From Escherichia coli (lineage in GTDB: Bacteria > Pseudomonadota > Gammaproteobacteria > Enterobacterales > Enterobacteriaceae), in the NCBI RefSeq assembly GCF_030384885.1, contig NZ_CP128613.1: 64,000 bases of DNA; one strand, given 5' to 3'. The notes below the pieces were generated by a model. That model was not told the DNA's origin and did not search any database. It was given only the letters and a program-made list of their open reading frames with translations. Below are positions 1-12,329 of this stretch, piece after piece. Positions within the stretch are counted from its first letter, which is position 1; every line of letters begins with the position of its first letter. The translations under genes and the position numbers were made by a program.

Positions 1-301
1 CTTTAATCTGCTGCAATGCCACTGCGTCCTGGCTTTTGGGGGAGAAGTCTTTCAGGCCAAGCTGCTTACGATAGGAATCCCACCAACGGGAAAGAAGCTG
101 GTAGCGCCCGGCTGCTGTTGATTTGAGTTTTGGGTTTAGCGTGACAAGTTTGCGAGGGTGATCGGAGTAATCAGTAAATAGCTCTCCGCCTACAATGACG
201 TCATAACCATGATTTCTGGTTTTCTGCCGTCCGTTATCCGTTCCTTCTGACCATGCCACCATATCGAGGAAAGCTTTACGCTGAGGATTAAGATTTTGCA
301 T
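1..301 (-). CDS. Phage endolysin, lambda R-like lytic transglycosylase; N-terminal ~100 aa only, gene runs off the window start
   Basis: Reverse-strand translation from ATG at ~301 gives MQNLNPQRKAFLDMVAWSEGTDNGRQKTRNHGYDVIVGGELFTDYSDHPRKLVTLNPKLKS..., matching my recollection of lambda R; start overlaps the holin stop. Confidence 0.75.
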   Translation of the reverse strand, partial: MQNLNPQRKAFLDMVAWSEGTDNGRQKTRNHGYDVIVGGELFTDYSDHPRKLVTLNPKLKSTAAGRYQLLSRWWDSYRKQLGLKDFSPKSQDAVALQQIK

Positions 302-605
302 TTTTCACCCCTGTCAGTCGTTCCCAGAAGTACGTCAGTGCAACCGAACCCATCGCACCACTAATCCCCGCTGTCGCGAGAATCATGTAAATACTGAATC
401 CACTTTCGATGCTGATCAGGCCACCAATAACACCGGTGAATCCTGATACCACTATCTGAGCCAGAGCATTTATCCAACTCCACGTTGCTTTACTCTGCTT
501 CACATCTATCAGGTAGCGGACTAGACCGCCCCAACCTGCGATGATCAGCAAAACGAGCCAGAACGCTCCGGCAAGGCTCTCTTTTTCGTGCATATGAATA
601 GCCAA
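288..605 (-). CDS. Phage holin (105 aa, three predicted TM segments), directly upstream of the endolysin
   Basis: Small hydrophobic protein with charged C-terminus; position between Q-like gene and endolysin (Q-S-R order). Confidence 0.6.
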   Translation of the reverse strand: MAIHMHEKESLAGAFWLVLLIIAGWGGLVRYLIDVKQSKATWSWINALAQIVVSGFTGVIGGLISIESGFSIYMILATAGISGAMGSVALTYFWERLTGVKNAKS

Positions 606-914
606 TGTTTCGCCGCCGACAAAAGGCCGGGACGTTAAATGTCAGAAATCAGGCTCACGGGGTAATTTAACGACAAAGCACGGAGTTGATGCTCCCCGCA
701 AGCCTGGAATAAAAAAGCCAGCATGTAGCTGGCAACAGAGGGTTAAGCAATATCAACTCAACAGCTGAAGACACCCTGGCTGGGGTACATTGGAAGGATA
801 CTCACCGCCCAGAAACAGAAAAGCCCAAGGCTTTAAACCTCGAGCTTGAATTTGGATTACTGCCAGTGCGTACAACATTGGCAAAATATCAGATTTATAT
901 GAAATATATGCTTT

Positions 915-1604
915 TTAATCCAGTTTTGCAATATTTTGCTGTGAAAATGTCGCCTTTTGTTTTGAACGTGTTCTCGTTAGAAGCAATAAAGCTTCGCTAT
1001 CAAGCTGTAGAAAAATGTGCTTCATTGCAACCCAGCGTTCAGTGAATGTCTCAGACCAGTTTTTTGATGTCACTCCCACCAGTGACGCCAGTTCCTGGTA
1101 TTCATAAGCCTCACGCCCTGCCAGTTCGCTCTTCACATCCTGTGCCGCCAGCCAGATCAACTTCTTCAGGCGTTCCAGTGTCTTACCTGCAATTTTTCTG
1201 GTACCCAACAGAGTCTTAAACTCGCTCCATGCCCACTGCGTTATGGCAACCTGATGCTCCCAGCGAATATTTTCACTGTAACTCCACAGCAACCATGCTT
1301 TCTGATGCTCATCGAGAGACAGAACAGCGCGGCGCCATGAAGAGGTTGAAAACTCGACCGGACTGATCAGGGCGACAGATGAACCTTTTGCGTACGACTG
1401 TTTACCGGAAATCGGCAGATTATCCAGCATAATAATCTTGCCAGTTACCTCATCCAGAATGCGTCGCTTCTTTCGTTTGTATGTACCAGTATCAAATTGT
1501 GCATGCTCCAGCCAGGCTTCAAGCTGGCCTTTCGTTGCTCCGCTCAAGTCAGCGGTAGCCACCATGAGTTGCTCGCGGACATATTGTAAATATTGGGTAT
1601 TCAT
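915..1604 (-). CDS. Putative late-gene antiterminator (Q-like), 229 aa
   Basis: Position between rusA and the holin/endolysin cassette, with ~310 bp non-coding spacer before the holin; no motif-level confirmation. Confidence 0.4.
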   Translation of the reverse strand: MNTQYLQYVREQLMVATADLSGATKGQLEAWLEHAQFDTGTYKRKKRRILDEVTGKIIMLDNLPISGKQSYAKGSSVALISPVEFSTSSWRRAVLSLDEHQKAWLLWSYSENIRWEHQVAITQWAWSEFKTLLGTRKIAGKTLERLKKLIWLAAQDVKSELAGREAYEYQELASLVGVTSKNWSETFTERWVAMKHIFLQLDSEALLLLTRTRSKQKATFSQQNIAKLD

Positions 1605-1737
1605 GCGGCAGCTCCTTTCAGTGTTTTGGCGTAATTCCTCAGTATTCGGTAATCGGTCAAAACAGAACCGGGGAAACGATATAAGCGCAGATGCCCCCAG
1701 CGGTGGCGAAGAAGTTCTGCCATATAAAACTCAAACA

Positions 1738-2100
1738 TCATTCATTCCCCATTTCGGTGATGGTCAGTTCCAGCCTCCCACCTTTGGTAACAGGCATCTT
1801 CACAACACGGTAATCAACGACCTGAGCATCATCCAGCCAGAAACCTGCTTTAGTGAGTGCGTCAAAAGCGGCTTTTTGCAGATTATCCAGGTCACGGCGA
1901 CGGCGATCCGGCATGTGGCACTCAATGCGGATTTTCACAGGCATAGCCAGGCCGATATCCAGCATTGCGTTTTTAATGATTCGGGCGACGTTATCGCGGT
2001 ATGCCTGCCCCTCTGCGCTGACGTGCGTGCGCCCGCGATTATGGCGGTAATAGCGATTATTGCTCGGAGGCCAGGGTAATGTGATGCTGTAGGTATTCAC
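1738..2100 (-). CDS. rusA: Holliday-junction resolvase RusA
   Basis: 120 aa starting [23 protein letters not shown], matching my recollection of prophage RusA; stop/start overlap with upstream gene. Confidence 0.85.
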   Translation of the reverse strand: MNTYSITLPWPPSNNRYYRHNRGRTHVSAEGQAYRDNVARIIKNAMLDIGLAMPVKIRIECHMPDRRRRDLDNLQKAAFDALTKAGFWLDDAQVVDYRVVKMPVTKGGRLELTITEMGNE

Positions 2101-2387
2101 GCCTTAATAACCCCCTCTTTCAGCCAGATAACCTGTGTTCTCGCCATACCTTCCAGCGCGCATTCTTTTGCATATGCAGCATCGACAAAATGTGTGCGGC
2201 GGTCGATTTCGTCGTGGCAGGCAGAACATGCAATGGTGGCAATCAGGTCTGGCGGTTTGGTACCGGTGCCGCACAATCCAGTCAGCCGGATATGTGCCAG
2301 TACAGACGTTTCAGGGTTGCCATTACATACGCCAGGGATTCTTACCTGGCATTCCCGACTACGCGCTGCTTTTCTCAAATCAGCCAT
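2097..2387 (-). CDS. ybcO: YbcO-like prophage protein (DUF1364, Cys-rich putative nuclease)
   Basis: ORF 2097..2426; likely start at [23 protein letters not shown]...; conserved CxxC/H pattern; lies just upstream of rusA as in DLP12-type prophages. Confidence 0.65.
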   Translation of the reverse strand: MADLRKAARSRECQVRIPGVCNGNPETSVLAHIRLTGLCGTGTKPPDLIATIACSACHDEIDRRTHFVDAAYAKECALEGMARTQVIWLKEGVIKA

Positions 2388-2549
2388 GATTCCTCCTTGC
2401 TGCCAGTCGCAACCATTTTTTATCAACCAGGCTGGCGGTATATCCGAGCAGTGTTGGTATTTCGGAAGGCTTCAGCTCCGGTTTACGCTTACGACGATTT
2501 GGTACTCTGTAGATGTGTCCGTTCATGACACGAATAAGCGGTGTAGCCA

Positions 2550-2831
2550 TTACGCCTCCTGTTTGTCGCGGAGCTGCTGGAACTCGCAGCTCTGCGGAAT
2601 AGTCAGGTGGCAGCCAATATTCATCGCCCAGGCTTCAACCTTACACAGGAAGACATACATCTCTCCGGTATCAAGATCGGAGGTATGGCGTAACGACTGG
2701 ATAGTGGTGATATCACCGGTTACGACATCAACCAGGTCTTTGGTTTCATAACCGAGATATGTGTGTTTGAGAGCATCTTTTACCCAAGCTGGAGTGGCGA
2801 ACGTTTTACAGGCAACACGCAAAGACCCCAC
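2550..2831 (-). CDS. Hypothetical prophage protein (93 aa), possibly a fragment
   Basis: ORF only; divergent from the integrase gene across a 112-bp spacer. Confidence 0.3.
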   Translation of the reverse strand: MGSLRVACKTFATPAWVKDALKHTYLGYETKDLVDVVTGDITTIQSLRHTSDLDTGEMYVFLCKVEAWAMNIGCHLTIPQSCEFQQLRDKQEA

Positions 2832-2942
2832 TAAACCAAAATCTCCTTACCTCACAACGCGACAAGCCTGCATTGCGGCGCTTCAGTCTCCGCTGCATAC
2901 TATCAAGGTGAGCGCGGGTGATGGCATAACAGAGGAAAGAAA

Positions 2943-4106
2943 ATGTCACTCTTCCGCAGAAGTGAAATATGGTACGCCAGTTTCACATTGCCGAACGGTA
3001 AAAGATTTAAACAGTCTCTTGGAACAAAGGACAAAAGGCAGGCGACAGAGCTCCATGACAAGCTAAAGGCTGAAGCATGGCGGGTCAGCAAACTTGGTGA
3101 AATACCTGATATGACGTTTGAGGAAGCGTGTGTCAGGTGGCTCGAAGAGAAAGCACATAAGAAATCACTGGACGATGACAAAAGCCGGATCGGATTCTGG
3201 CTTCAACATTTCGCAGGGATGCAACTAAGAGACATCACTGAATCAAAAATTTATTCAGCGATGCAGAAAATGACAAACCGGCGTCATGAGGAAAACTGGA
3301 AACTCAGGGCAGAAGCATGCAGAAAAAAAGGGAAACCTGTTCCAGAATACACGCCAAAACCAGCGTCCGTTGCAACGAAGGCTACGCATCTTTCATTTAT
3401 AAAGGCCCTGCTAAGAGCCGCAGAGCGTGAATGGAAAATGCTGGATAAGGCACCAATTATTAAAGTGCCTCAACCGAAGAATAAACGTATCCGCTGGCTG
3501 GAGCCTCATGAAGCACAAAGGCTGATTGATGAATGTCCGGAGCCATTAAAGTCTGTTGTTGAATTTGCACTGGCAACAGGCTTAAGACGCTCGAACATCA
3601 TCAACCTTGAATGGCAACAAATAGACATGCAGCGCCGGGTGGCATGGATAAACCCGGAAGAGAGTAAATCAAACCGCGCAATTGGCGTTGCGCTGAATGA
3701 TACTGCATGTCGCGTATTGAAAAAACAAATCGGGAATCATCACCGTTGGGTATTTGTATACAAGGAAAGCTGTACCAAACCAGACGGAACGAAAGCGCCA
3801 ACGGTCAGGAAGATGCGGTATGACGCAAACACAGCCTGGAAAGCGGCGCTGAGACGAGCAGGTATTGATGATTTCAGATTTCACGACTTGAGACACACCT
3901 GGGCAAGTTGGCTGGTTCAAGCCGGAGTCCCGTTGTCAGTGTTACAGGAAATGGGAGGCTGGGAGTCTATCGAAATGGTTCGTCGATATGCTCACCTCGC
4001 ACCTAATCACCTTACCGAACATGCACGGCAAATAGACTCGATCCTGAACCCATCGGTCCCAAATTTGTCCCAGTCAAAAAATAAGGAAGGTACTAATGAT
4101 GTGTAA
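2943..4106 (+). CDS. int: Tyrosine site-specific integrase (lambdoid/DLP12-type), ends 14 bp from the tRNA-Thr 3' end
   Basis: 387 aa with C-terminal R...HDLRHTWAS...Y catalytic signature ([40 protein letters not shown]); adjacent to tRNA 3' end. Confidence 0.9.
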   Translation: MSLFRRSEIWYASFTLPNGKRFKQSLGTKDKRQATELHDKLKAEAWRVSKLGEIPDMTFEEACVRWLEEKAHKKSLDDDKSRIGFWLQHFAGMQLRDITESKIYSAMQKMTNRRHEENWKLRAEACRKKGKPVPEYTPKPASVATKATHLSFIKALLRAAEREWKMLDKAPIIKVPQPKNKRIRWLEPHEAQRLIDECPEPLKSVVEFALATGLRRSNIINLEWQQIDMQRRVAWINPEESKSNRAIGVALNDTACRVLKKQIGNHHRWVFVYKESCTKPDGTKAPTVRKMRYDANTAWKAALRRAGIDDFRFHDLRHTWASWLVQAGVPLSVLQEMGGWESIEMVRRYAHLAPNHLTEHARQIDSILNPSVPNLSQSKNKEGTNDV

Positions 4107-4120
4107 CTTATTGATTTAAA

Positions 4121-4196
4121 TGGTGCCGATAATAGGAGTCGAACCTACGACCTTCGCATTACGAATGCGCTGCTCTACCAACTGAGCTATATCGGC
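4121..4196 (-). tRNA. thrW: tRNA-Thr (anticodon CGU)
   Basis: Reverse complement reads GCCGATATAGCTCAGTTGGTAGAGCAGCGCATTCGTAATGCGAAGGTCGTAGGTTCGACTCCTATTATCGGCACCA, a full cloverleaf with CCA. Confidence 0.9.
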
Positions 4197-4310
4197 CCTG
4201 AAAGGACATGTTCACGAGCGTGAATCACGGTGGACAAGGTTAAAACTAACCGGGCGATGCGTCAATGGCCTTGTGAATCAAATGGCTACTTTTGCATCAC
4301 CCGGTTTTAT

Positions 4311-5564
4311 TTACGCACGAATGGTGTAATCACCAATGCCGATCCACTTGTAAGTGGTCAGTGCTTCCAGCCCCATTGGGCCACGCGCGTGGAGTTTTTG
4401 TGTGCTTACCGCCACTTCCGCACCCAGACCAAACTGGCCGCCGTCGGTAAAACGCGTAGAGGCGTTAACGTAAACAGCGGACGAATCCACTTCGTTAACA
4501 AAACGCTGGGCATTACGCATATCGCGGGTCAGGATCGCATCGGAGTGTTGCGTACCGTGTTCACGAATATGGGCGATGGCATCGTCAAGATCGCTGACGA
4601 TTTTGACGTTCAAGTCTAATGACAGGAACTCATCGTCATACTCTTCGGCTTTAACAGCCACCACCTTCGCGGGGCCTGCCTGCAACTGCGCCAGCGCAGT
4701 TGCGTCAGCGTGTAATGTCACGCAGCTTTCCGCCATTTGCTTGCTTAATGCGGGCAGGAAGCTATCTGCGATGTTTTTATTTACCAGCAACGTTTCTACC
4801 GTATTACACGTGCTCGGGCGCTGAGTTTTCGCGTTGACAATCACTTTCAATGCTTCAGCGATCTCTGCACTTTCATCAACGTAAATATGGCATACGCCTA
4901 TACCACCTGTGATTACCGGAATCGTCGACTGTTCGCGGCACAGTTTATGCAACCCAGCCCCGCCGCGTGGGATCAGCATGTCGATGTATTTATCCATACG
5001 CAGCAGTTCACTGACCAGCGCACGGTCAGGATTATCAATCGCCTGCACGGCACCCGCCGGTAAACCGCAGGATTTCAGGGCGTCCTGAATCACCGCCACC
5101 GTTGCAGCGTTAGTGCGACAGGTTTCTTTGCCGCCGCGCAGGATCACCGCGTTACCGGTTTTCAGGCACAGTGAAGCAACATCAACCGTCACGTTCGGGC
5201 GCGCTTCATAAATTACACCAATCACCCCCAGCGGTACGCGACGGCGTTCCAGACGCAGGCCGCTGTCCAGCACCCCGCCATCAATTACCTGCCCCACTGG
5301 ATCGGCGAGGTTACATACCTGGCGCACATCATCGGCAATGCTTTTCAGCCGTGCGGGCGTCAGTGCCAGGCGGTCAAGCATCGCTTCGCTAAGGCCATTG
5401 GCACGCGCGTCAGCAACATCCTGGGCATTAGCATTGAGGATGCTTTCGCTTTGTGCTTCCAGTTCATCGGCGATTTTTTCCAGCACGCGATTTTTTTCGC
5501 GACTGGAGAGTTGCGCTAAATTATACGAGGCTTGCTTCGCGGCAATGCCCATTTGTTCCAGCAT
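4311..5564 (-). CDS. proA: Gamma-glutamyl phosphate reductase
   Basis: 417 aa, [21 protein letters not shown]...; conserved synteny with proB. Confidence 0.95.
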   Translation of the reverse strand: MLEQMGIAAKQASYNLAQLSSREKNRVLEKIADELEAQSESILNANAQDVADARANGLSEAMLDRLALTPARLKSIADDVRQVCNLADPVGQVIDGGVLDSGLRLERRRVPLGVIGVIYEARPNVTVDVASLCLKTGNAVILRGGKETCRTNAATVAVIQDALKSCGLPAGAVQAIDNPDRALVSELLRMDKYIDMLIPRGGAGLHKLCREQSTIPVITGGIGVCHIYVDESAEIAEALKVIVNAKTQRPSTCNTVETLLVNKNIADSFLPALSKQMAESCVTLHADATALAQLQAGPAKVVAVKAEEYDDEFLSLDLNVKIVSDLDDAIAHIREHGTQHSDAILTRDMRNAQRFVNEVDSSAVYVNASTRFTDGGQFGLGAEVAVSTQKLHARGPMGLEALTTYKWIGIGDYTIRA

Positions 5565-5574
5565 CGGCTGCTCC

Positions 5575-6678
5575 TTAACGGGTAATCATATCATCACGGT
5601 GAACGGCAACCGGGCCGTATTCATATCCCAGTATTGCATCAATTTCTTGCGAGTGATGTCCGGCAATACGGCGTAATGCATCGCTGTTGTAACGACTGAC
5701 GCCGTGGGCGATATCGCGACCTTCAAGGTTGCAAATGCGAATGACTTCACCACGCGAGAAGTTGCCGGTTACGCTTTTAATGCCTTTCGGCAACAGGGAG
5801 CTGCCGCGTTCAAGAATGGCGGCGGTTGCCCCTTCATCTACCGTGATTTCACCCGCAGGCGGCGCACCGAAAATCCAACGTTTGCGGTTTTCAAGCGGAG
5901 TCGCCTGGGCATGGAACAGCGTACCGACGGAAATACCTTCCATCACATCACCAATGACACCCGGCTTACTGCCCGCGGCAATAATGGTGTCGATACCCGC
6001 ACGGCAAGCCACGTCAGCGGCCTGCAATTTAGTGCTCATGCCGCCGGTTCCAAGACCTGAAACGCTATCACCGGCAATCGCGCGCAGTGCGTCATCAATG
6101 CCGTACACATCTTTAATCAGTTCTGCCTGCGGATTGCTACGCGGGTCAGCGGTATACAAACCTTTTTGATCGGTCAGCAACAACAGTTTATCGGCACCTG
6201 CCAGAATCGCCGCCAGTGCCGAAAGGTTATCGTTATCGCCGACTTTAATCTCTGCAGTAGCGACAGCATCGTTCTCATTGATTACCGGAACGATGTTGTT
6301 ATCGAGCAGTGCACGCAAGGTGTCGCGGGCGTTCAGGAAGCGTTCACGGTCCTCCATATCAGCACGAGTTAGCAGCATCTGCCCGACGTGAATACCATAA
6401 ATCGAAAACAGCTGTTCCCACAGTTGAATCAGTCGACTCTGCCCTACCGCCGCCAGAAGTTGTTTCGAGGCGATAGTCGCTGGCAGTTCCGGGTAACCCA
6501 GGTGCTCACGTCCGGCGGCAATCGCACCCGACGTCACAATTACAATCCGATGCCCGGCGGCATGTAGCTGCGCACACTGGCGAACAAGTTCAACGATATG
6601 GGCACGGTTCAGGCGGCGCGATCCGCCTGTTAGCACACTGGTGCCGAGTTTTACCACCAGCGTCTGGCTGTCACTCAT
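5575..6678 (-). CDS. proB: Glutamate 5-kinase
   Basis: ORF 5575..6765; likely start [19 protein letters not shown] (367 aa) with C-terminal PUA region. Confidence 0.95.
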
Positions 6679-6866
6679 GATTCTCTGCCATTCAATTTTA
6701 GGGAAAATGATATCAAACGAACGTTTTAGCAGGACTGTCGCCGGTTGCCAACCATCTGCAAGCAAAGCATGGCGTTTTGTTGCGCGGGATCAGCAAGCGT
6801 AGCGGCAGTTGTTTACGCTTTTATTACAGATTTAATAAATTACCACATTTTAAGAATATCATTAAT

Positions 6867-6890
6867 CTGTAATATATCTTTAACAATCTC
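6867..6890 (+). promoter_or_regulatory. Candidate Pho box (PhoB binding site) upstream of phoE
   Basis: CTGTAATATATCTTTAACAATCTC about 70 bp upstream of the phoE start, resembling tandem CTGTCAT-type pho-box repeats. Confidence 0.4.
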
Positions 6891-6959
6891 AGGTTAAAAA
6901 CTTTCCTGTTTTCAACGGGGCTCTCCCGCTGAATATTCGCGCGTTAATTAAAATCAGGA

Positions 6960-8021
6960 ATGAAAATGAAAAAGAGCACTCTGGCATTAGTGGTGATGGG
7001 CATTGTGGCATCGGCATCCGTACAGGCCGCAGAAATATATAACAAAGACGGTAATAAACTGGATATCTATGGCAAAGTTAAAGCCATGCATTATATGAGC
7101 GATAATGACAGTAAAGATGGCGACCAAAGTTATATTCGTTTTGGTTTTAAAGGCGAAACACAAATTAACGATCAACTGACCGGTTATGGTCGCTGGGAAG
7201 CAGAGTTTGCCGGAAATAAAGCAGAGAGTGATACTGCTCAGCAAAAAACGCGTCTTGCCTTTGCCGGGTTGAAATATAAAGATTTGGGTTCTTTCGACTA
7301 TGGTCGTAACCTGGGGGCGCTGTATGACGTGGAAGCATGGACCGATATGTTCCCGGAATTCGGCGGCGATTCCTCCGCGCAGACCGACAACTTTATGACC
7401 AAACGCGCCAGCGGTCTGGCAACGTATCGGAACACCGACTTCTTCGGCGTTATCGATGGCCTGAACTTAACCCTGCAATATCAAGGAAAAAACGAAAACC
7501 GCGACGTTAAAAAGCAAAACGGTGATGGCTTCGGCACGTCATTGACATATGACTTTGGCGGCAGCGATTTTGCCATTAGTGGGGCCTATACCAACTCCGA
7601 TCGCACCAACGAGCAGAACCTGCAAAGCCGTGGCACGGGCAAGCGTGCAGAAGCATGGGCAACAGGCCTGAAATACGATGCCAATAATATTTACCTGGCA
7701 ACTTTCTATTCTGAAACGCGTAAAATGACGCCAATCTCTGGCGGCTTTGCCAATAAGACGCAGAACTTTGAAGCAGTCGCTCAATACCAATTCGACTTTG
7801 GCCTGCGTCCATCGCTGGGTTATGTCTTATCGAAAGGGAAAGATATTGAGGGCATCGGTGATGAGGATCTGGTCAATTATATTGATATCGGTGCTACATA
7901 TTATTTCAACAAAAATATGTCAGCGTTTGTTGATTATAAAATAAACCAACTGGACAGCGATAACAAATTAAATATTAATAATGATGATATTGTCGCGGTT
8001 GGGATGACCTATCAGTTTTAA
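6960..8021 (+). CDS. phoE: Outer membrane phosphoporin PhoE
   Basis: Signal peptide, porin beta-barrel pattern, C-terminal YQF. Confidence 0.95.
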   Translation: MKMKKSTLALVVMGIVASASVQAAEIYNKDGNKLDIYGKVKAMHYMSDNDSKDGDQSYIRFGFKGETQINDQLTGYGRWEAEFAGNKAESDTAQQKTRLAFAGLKYKDLGSFDYGRNLGALYDVEAWTDMFPEFGGDSSAQTDNFMTKRASGLATYRNTDFFGVIDGLNLTLQYQGKNENRDVKKQNGDGFGTSLTYDFGGSDFAISGAYTNSDRTNEQNLQSRGTGKRAEAWATGLKYDANNIYLATFYSETRKMTPISGGFANKTQNFEAVAQYQFDFGLRPSLGYVLSKGKDIEGIGDEDLVNYIDIGATYYFNKNMSAFVDYKINQLDSDNKLNINNDDIVAVGMTYQF

Positions 8022-8029
8022 TGGAGATT

Positions 8030-8050
8030 GCCGGATGCGGCGCATCCGGC
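8030..8050. terminator. GC-rich hairpin between convergent phoE and crl
   Basis: GCCGGATGCGGCGCATCCGGC perfect inverted repeat followed by a T-run. Confidence 0.6.
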
Positions 8051-8059
8051 ACTTTTCAC

Positions 8060-8518
<459 letters not shown>

Positions 8519-9763
8519 TTAACACAATCGTTTTTCGATCCAGCTCGTGATTTCCTGAAGACCTTTGTCAAAATTCCGATACACGGGGTTAAACGGAATC
8601 TCTAACAATTTACCATCAGCAGATGATGAGGTGATTAAGCGAGAGTCCTCTTCCGGGCTGAACGGATCGTTCTTCCAATAGCCTGATAACATTGGCGTTG
8701 GGCAGCGACGGCCCAGCAATCCTTGCACTTTTAATGAATAACGATTCAGTTCCACACGCAACGCTTCATCGGAAGCATCATGCATCCCCAAACGACTCGC
8801 CAGAACGTCAAGATACATTTCCGGCACCTGTTGCTGGCACTTAAAATCACTCAACAGGGTATGAACTACCGGACCAAGACAGGCAACCGCTTTCAGACGC
8901 GGCGATTCAAGATATGCCAGACGCACAGCAACGTTAGCGCCAAAACGGAAACCAAAGGCCGCGACACGGGTGTGATCCACCCACGGGACGTTAGGCAGCG
9001 CCTTTAAGACGTGCTGATGCAACAGGCTGGAGTCCTGGGTGAGCTTCCATTTTGAAGAAAAGCCCACCGACGGCATATCAATAGTCAGCATCGCAATGCC
9101 GCGCGGGGCAAAATAACGTTCATACAGACTGTAATAATCCGTCTGCATCGCATCCAGACCACCACACATTAATACCGTCGGGAACGGGCCATCGCCTTTC
9201 GGCATATGCAAAAAGCCGGTGATGGGCGCACCGCCTGGTACGGTAAACTCCATCTGCCGCATCGTGCCCGGCAGACGTTGGGCGGCCTCTTCATAGGCAC
9301 GGTTTGACAAAGCCTGCGCTTGCTCGGCCAGGTCATCCCCTTTCAGATGAGGATAGGCGGCAATGTTGTACAACGTGGCCGCATGCAGCCAGTGACGACC
9401 ACTGAGTTGTGGATCTTCTTCCGCACAAGCTTTTTGTTGCCACACCATCGCCTGGGTGGCCCATTCATAAATCCAGTTGCCGCCGCGGTAGCCAATCACC
9501 GTATCGTATAAATCATCGTCGGTACGTTCAGCATCGCTCATCACAATACGCGCCTGAACGTCGAGGATTTCACGTGGGTCAATGCCGCGCCAGATCCACA
9601 TCAGACGGTTTATCATGCGATACCAGTGGGGGATGGTTTTACCATCAAGGGCCGACTGCACAGGCGGTTGTGCGCCGTGATTAAAGCGGCGGACTAGCGT
9701 CGAGGTTTCAGGATGTTTAAAGCGGGGTTTGAACAGGGTTTCGCTCAGGTTTGCCTGTGTCAT
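8519..9763 (-). CDS. frsA: Esterase FrsA (alpha/beta hydrolase)
   Basis: 414 aa; synteny crl-frsA-gpt. Confidence 0.9.
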   Translation of the reverse strand: MTQANLSETLFKPRFKHPETSTLVRRFNHGAQPPVQSALDGKTIPHWYRMINRLMWIWRGIDPREILDVQARIVMSDAERTDDDLYDTVIGYRGGNWIYEWATQAMVWQQKACAEEDPQLSGRHWLHAATLYNIAAYPHLKGDDLAEQAQALSNRAYEEAAQRLPGTMRQMEFTVPGGAPITGFLHMPKGDGPFPTVLMCGGLDAMQTDYYSLYERYFAPRGIAMLTIDMPSVGFSSKWKLTQDSSLLHQHVLKALPNVPWVDHTRVAAFGFRFGANVAVRLAYLESPRLKAVACLGPVVHTLLSDFKCQQQVPEMYLDVLASRLGMHDASDEALRVELNRYSLKVQGLLGRRCPTPMLSGYWKNDPFSPEEDSRLITSSSADGKLLEIPFNPVYRNFDKGLQEITSWIEKRLC

Positions 9764-9854
9764 GGATGCAGCCTCCAGAATACTTACTGGAAACTATTGT
9801 AACCTGCCTGAAGTTAAAAAGAACAACGCCCGGCAGTGCCAGGCGTTGAAAAGA

Positions 9855-10313
9855 TTAGCGACCGGAGATTGGCGGGACGAATACGACGCCCATATCCCAC
9901 GGTTGTTCAATCCAGGTATCTTGTGGGATATCAACAACATAATCATCAACCAGCGGACGACCTGCCGGTTTAGCGAAGATGGTGACAAAGTGCGCTTTTG
10001 GATACATTTCACGAATCGCAACTGCAGTACCGCCGGTATCCACCAGATCATCAATAACGATGAAGCCTTCGCCATCGCCTTCTGCGCGTTTCAGCACTTT
10101 AAGCTCGCGCTGGTTGTCGTGATCGTAGCTGGAAATACAAACGGTATCGACATGACGAATACCCAGTTCACGCGCCAGTAACGCACCCGGTACCAGACCG
10201 CCACGGCTTACGGCAATAATGCCTTTCCATTGTTCAGAAGGCATCAGTCGGCTTGCGAGTTTACGTGCATGGATCTGCAACATGTCCCAGGTGACGATGT
10301 ATTTTTCGCTCAT
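9855..10313 (-). CDS. gpt: Xanthine-guanine phosphoribosyltransferase
   Basis: 152 aa, [51 protein letters not shown]... Confidence 0.95.
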
Positions 10314-10573
10314 GTGAAGTGTCCCAGCCTGTTTATCTACGGCTTAAAAAGTGTTCGAGGGGAAAATAGGTTGCGCGAGATTATAGAGATCTGACGCACT
10401 AAAAACCAGTATTTCACATGAGTCCGCGTCTTTTTACGCACAGCCTCTCCCTGACGCGGGATAAAGTGGTATTCTCAAACATATCTCGCAAGCCTGTCTT
10501 GTGTTGACAACATTTTCTGCTAACCCTGTGACCTGCAATACTGTTTTGCGGGTGATCGACAAGGAGACTTAAC

Positions 10574-12031
10574 GTGTCTGAACTGTCTCAATTATCTCCA
10601 CAGCCGCTGTGGGATATTTTTGCCAAAATCTGTTCTATTCCTCACCCGTCCTATCATGAAGAGCAACTCGCTGAATACATTGTTGGTTGGGCAAAAGAGA
10701 AAGGTTTCCATGTCGAACGCGATCAGGTGGGTAATATCCTGATTCGTAAACCTGCTACCGCAGGTATGGAAAATCGTAAACCAGTCGTCTTGCAGGCCCA
10801 CCTCGATATGGTGCCGCAGAAAAATAACGATACCGTGCACGATTTCACTAAAGATCCTATCCAGCCTTATATTGATGGCGAATGGGTTAAAGCGCGCGGT
10901 ACCACGCTGGGCGCGGATAACGGCATTGGTATGGCCTCTGCACTGGCGGTTCTGGCTGACGAAAACGTGGTTCACGGCCCGCTGGAAGTGCTGCTAACCA
11001 TGACCGAAGAAGCCGGTATGGACGGGGCGTTCGGCTTACAGAGCAACTGGTTACAGGCTGACATTCTGATTAACACCGACTCCGAAGAAGAAGGTGAAAT
11101 CTACATGGGTTGTGCTGGGGGTATCGACTTCACCTCCAACCTGCATTTAGATCGTGAAGCCGTTCCGGCTGGTTTTGAAACCTTCAAATTAACCTTAAAA
11201 GGTCTGAAAGGCGGTCACTCCGGCGGTGAAATCCACGTTGGCCTGGGTAACGCGAACAAACTGCTGGTGCGCTTCCTTGCGGGACATGCAGAAGAACTGG
11301 ACCTGCGTCTTATCGATTTCAACGGCGGCACACTGCGTAACGCCATCCCGCGTGAAGCCTTTGCGACCATTGCTGTCGCAGCTGATAAAGTCGACGCGCT
11401 GAAAACGCTGGTGAATACCTATCAGGACATCCTGAAAAACGAGCTGGCAGAGAAAGAGAAAAATCTGGCCTTGTTGCTGGACTCTGTTGCGAACGATAAA
11501 GCTGCCCTGATTGCGAAATCTCGCGATACCTTTATTCGTCTGTTGAACGCCACCCCTAACGGTGTGATCCGCAACTCCGACGTAGCAAAAGGCGTGGTTG
11601 AAACCTCACTGAACGTCGGTGTCGTGACCATGACCGACAACAACGTAGAAATTCACTGCCTGATCCGTTCTCTGATCGACAGCGGTAAAGACTACGTGGT
11701 GAGCATGCTGGATTCGCTGGGTAAACTGGCAGGCGCGAAAACCGAAGCGAAAGGCGCATATCCTGGCTGGCAGCCGGACGCTAATTCTCCGGTGATGCAT
11801 CTGGTACGTGAAACCTATCAGCGCCTGTTCAACAAGACGCCGAACATCCAGATTATTCACGCGGGCCTGGAATGTGGTCTGTTCAAAAAACCGTATCCGG
11901 AAATGGACATGGTTTCTATCGGGCCAACCATCACCGGTCCACACTCTCCGGATGAGCAAGTTCACATCGAAAGCGTAGGCCATTACTGGACACTGCTGAC
12001 AGAACTGCTGAAAGAAATTCCGGCGAAGTAA
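10574..12031 (+). CDS. pepD: Cytosol non-specific dipeptidase PepD (GTG start)
   Basis: 485 aa M20-family peptidase, MSELSQLSPQPLWDIFAKICSIPHPSYHEEQ... Confidence 0.95.
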   Translation: MSELSQLSPQPLWDIFAKICSIPHPSYHEEQLAEYIVGWAKEKGFHVERDQVGNILIRKPATAGMENRKPVVLQAHLDMVPQKNNDTVHDFTKDPIQPYIDGEWVKARGTTLGADNGIGMASALAVLADENVVHGPLEVLLTMTEEAGMDGAFGLQSNWLQADILINTDSEEEGEIYMGCAGGIDFTSNLHLDREAVPAGFETFKLTLKGLKGGHSGGEIHVGLGNANKLLVRFLAGHAEELDLRLIDFNGGTLRNAIPREAFATIAVAADKVDALKTLVNTYQDILKNELAEKEKNLALLLDSVANDKAALIAKSRDTFIRLLNATPNGVIRNSDVAKGVVETSLNVGVVTMTDNNVEIHCLIRSLIDSGKDYVVSMLDSLGKLAGAKTEAKGAYPGWQPDANSPVMHLVRETYQRLFNKTPNIQIIHAGLECGLFKKPYPEMDMVSIGPTITGPHSPDEQVHIESVGHYWTLLTELLKEIPAK

Positions 12032-12041
12032 TTACAATAAT

Positions 12042-12063
12042 GTCCACGCCTGCGGGCGTGGAC
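12042..12063. terminator. Perfect hairpin immediately after pepD
   Basis: GTCCACGCCTGCGGGCGTGGAC inverted repeat starting 11 bp after the stop. Confidence 0.6.
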
Positions 12064-12329
12064 TACTGTTTGAAGCCAATGGCTATCTATATCGAAATAA
12101 CAAAACATTATGAAACTCATGAAAAGGTCGCATATTTATATAGCTGCGACCATATTTCATGGGGAGAATTTCTGATCACCAAAGAAAGTTTTGCGCTGGA
12201 ATCCGTGAAAGAACTTAAGGGTGAAAAGCAGAATTTTTATATGTTCAGAGCCTGGGGCAAAGTCAGGAAAACATACTTAGCCACGGGAGAATTTCCCCAG
12301 GAAACATGTTACGCCGCTTAAAGTCAGAA

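Noticed and set aside
1438-2079. 213-aa ORF on the plus strand
   Set aside because: Lies antisense across the Q-like gene, rusA and their spacer; Cys/Ser/Arg-rich, low-complexity translation typical of a shadow ORF.
12040-12321. 93-aa ORF immediately after pepD
   Set aside because: Starts inside the pepD terminator hairpin and runs through AT-rich sequence with no ribosome-binding site; more likely intergenic, though a small gene cannot be excluded.
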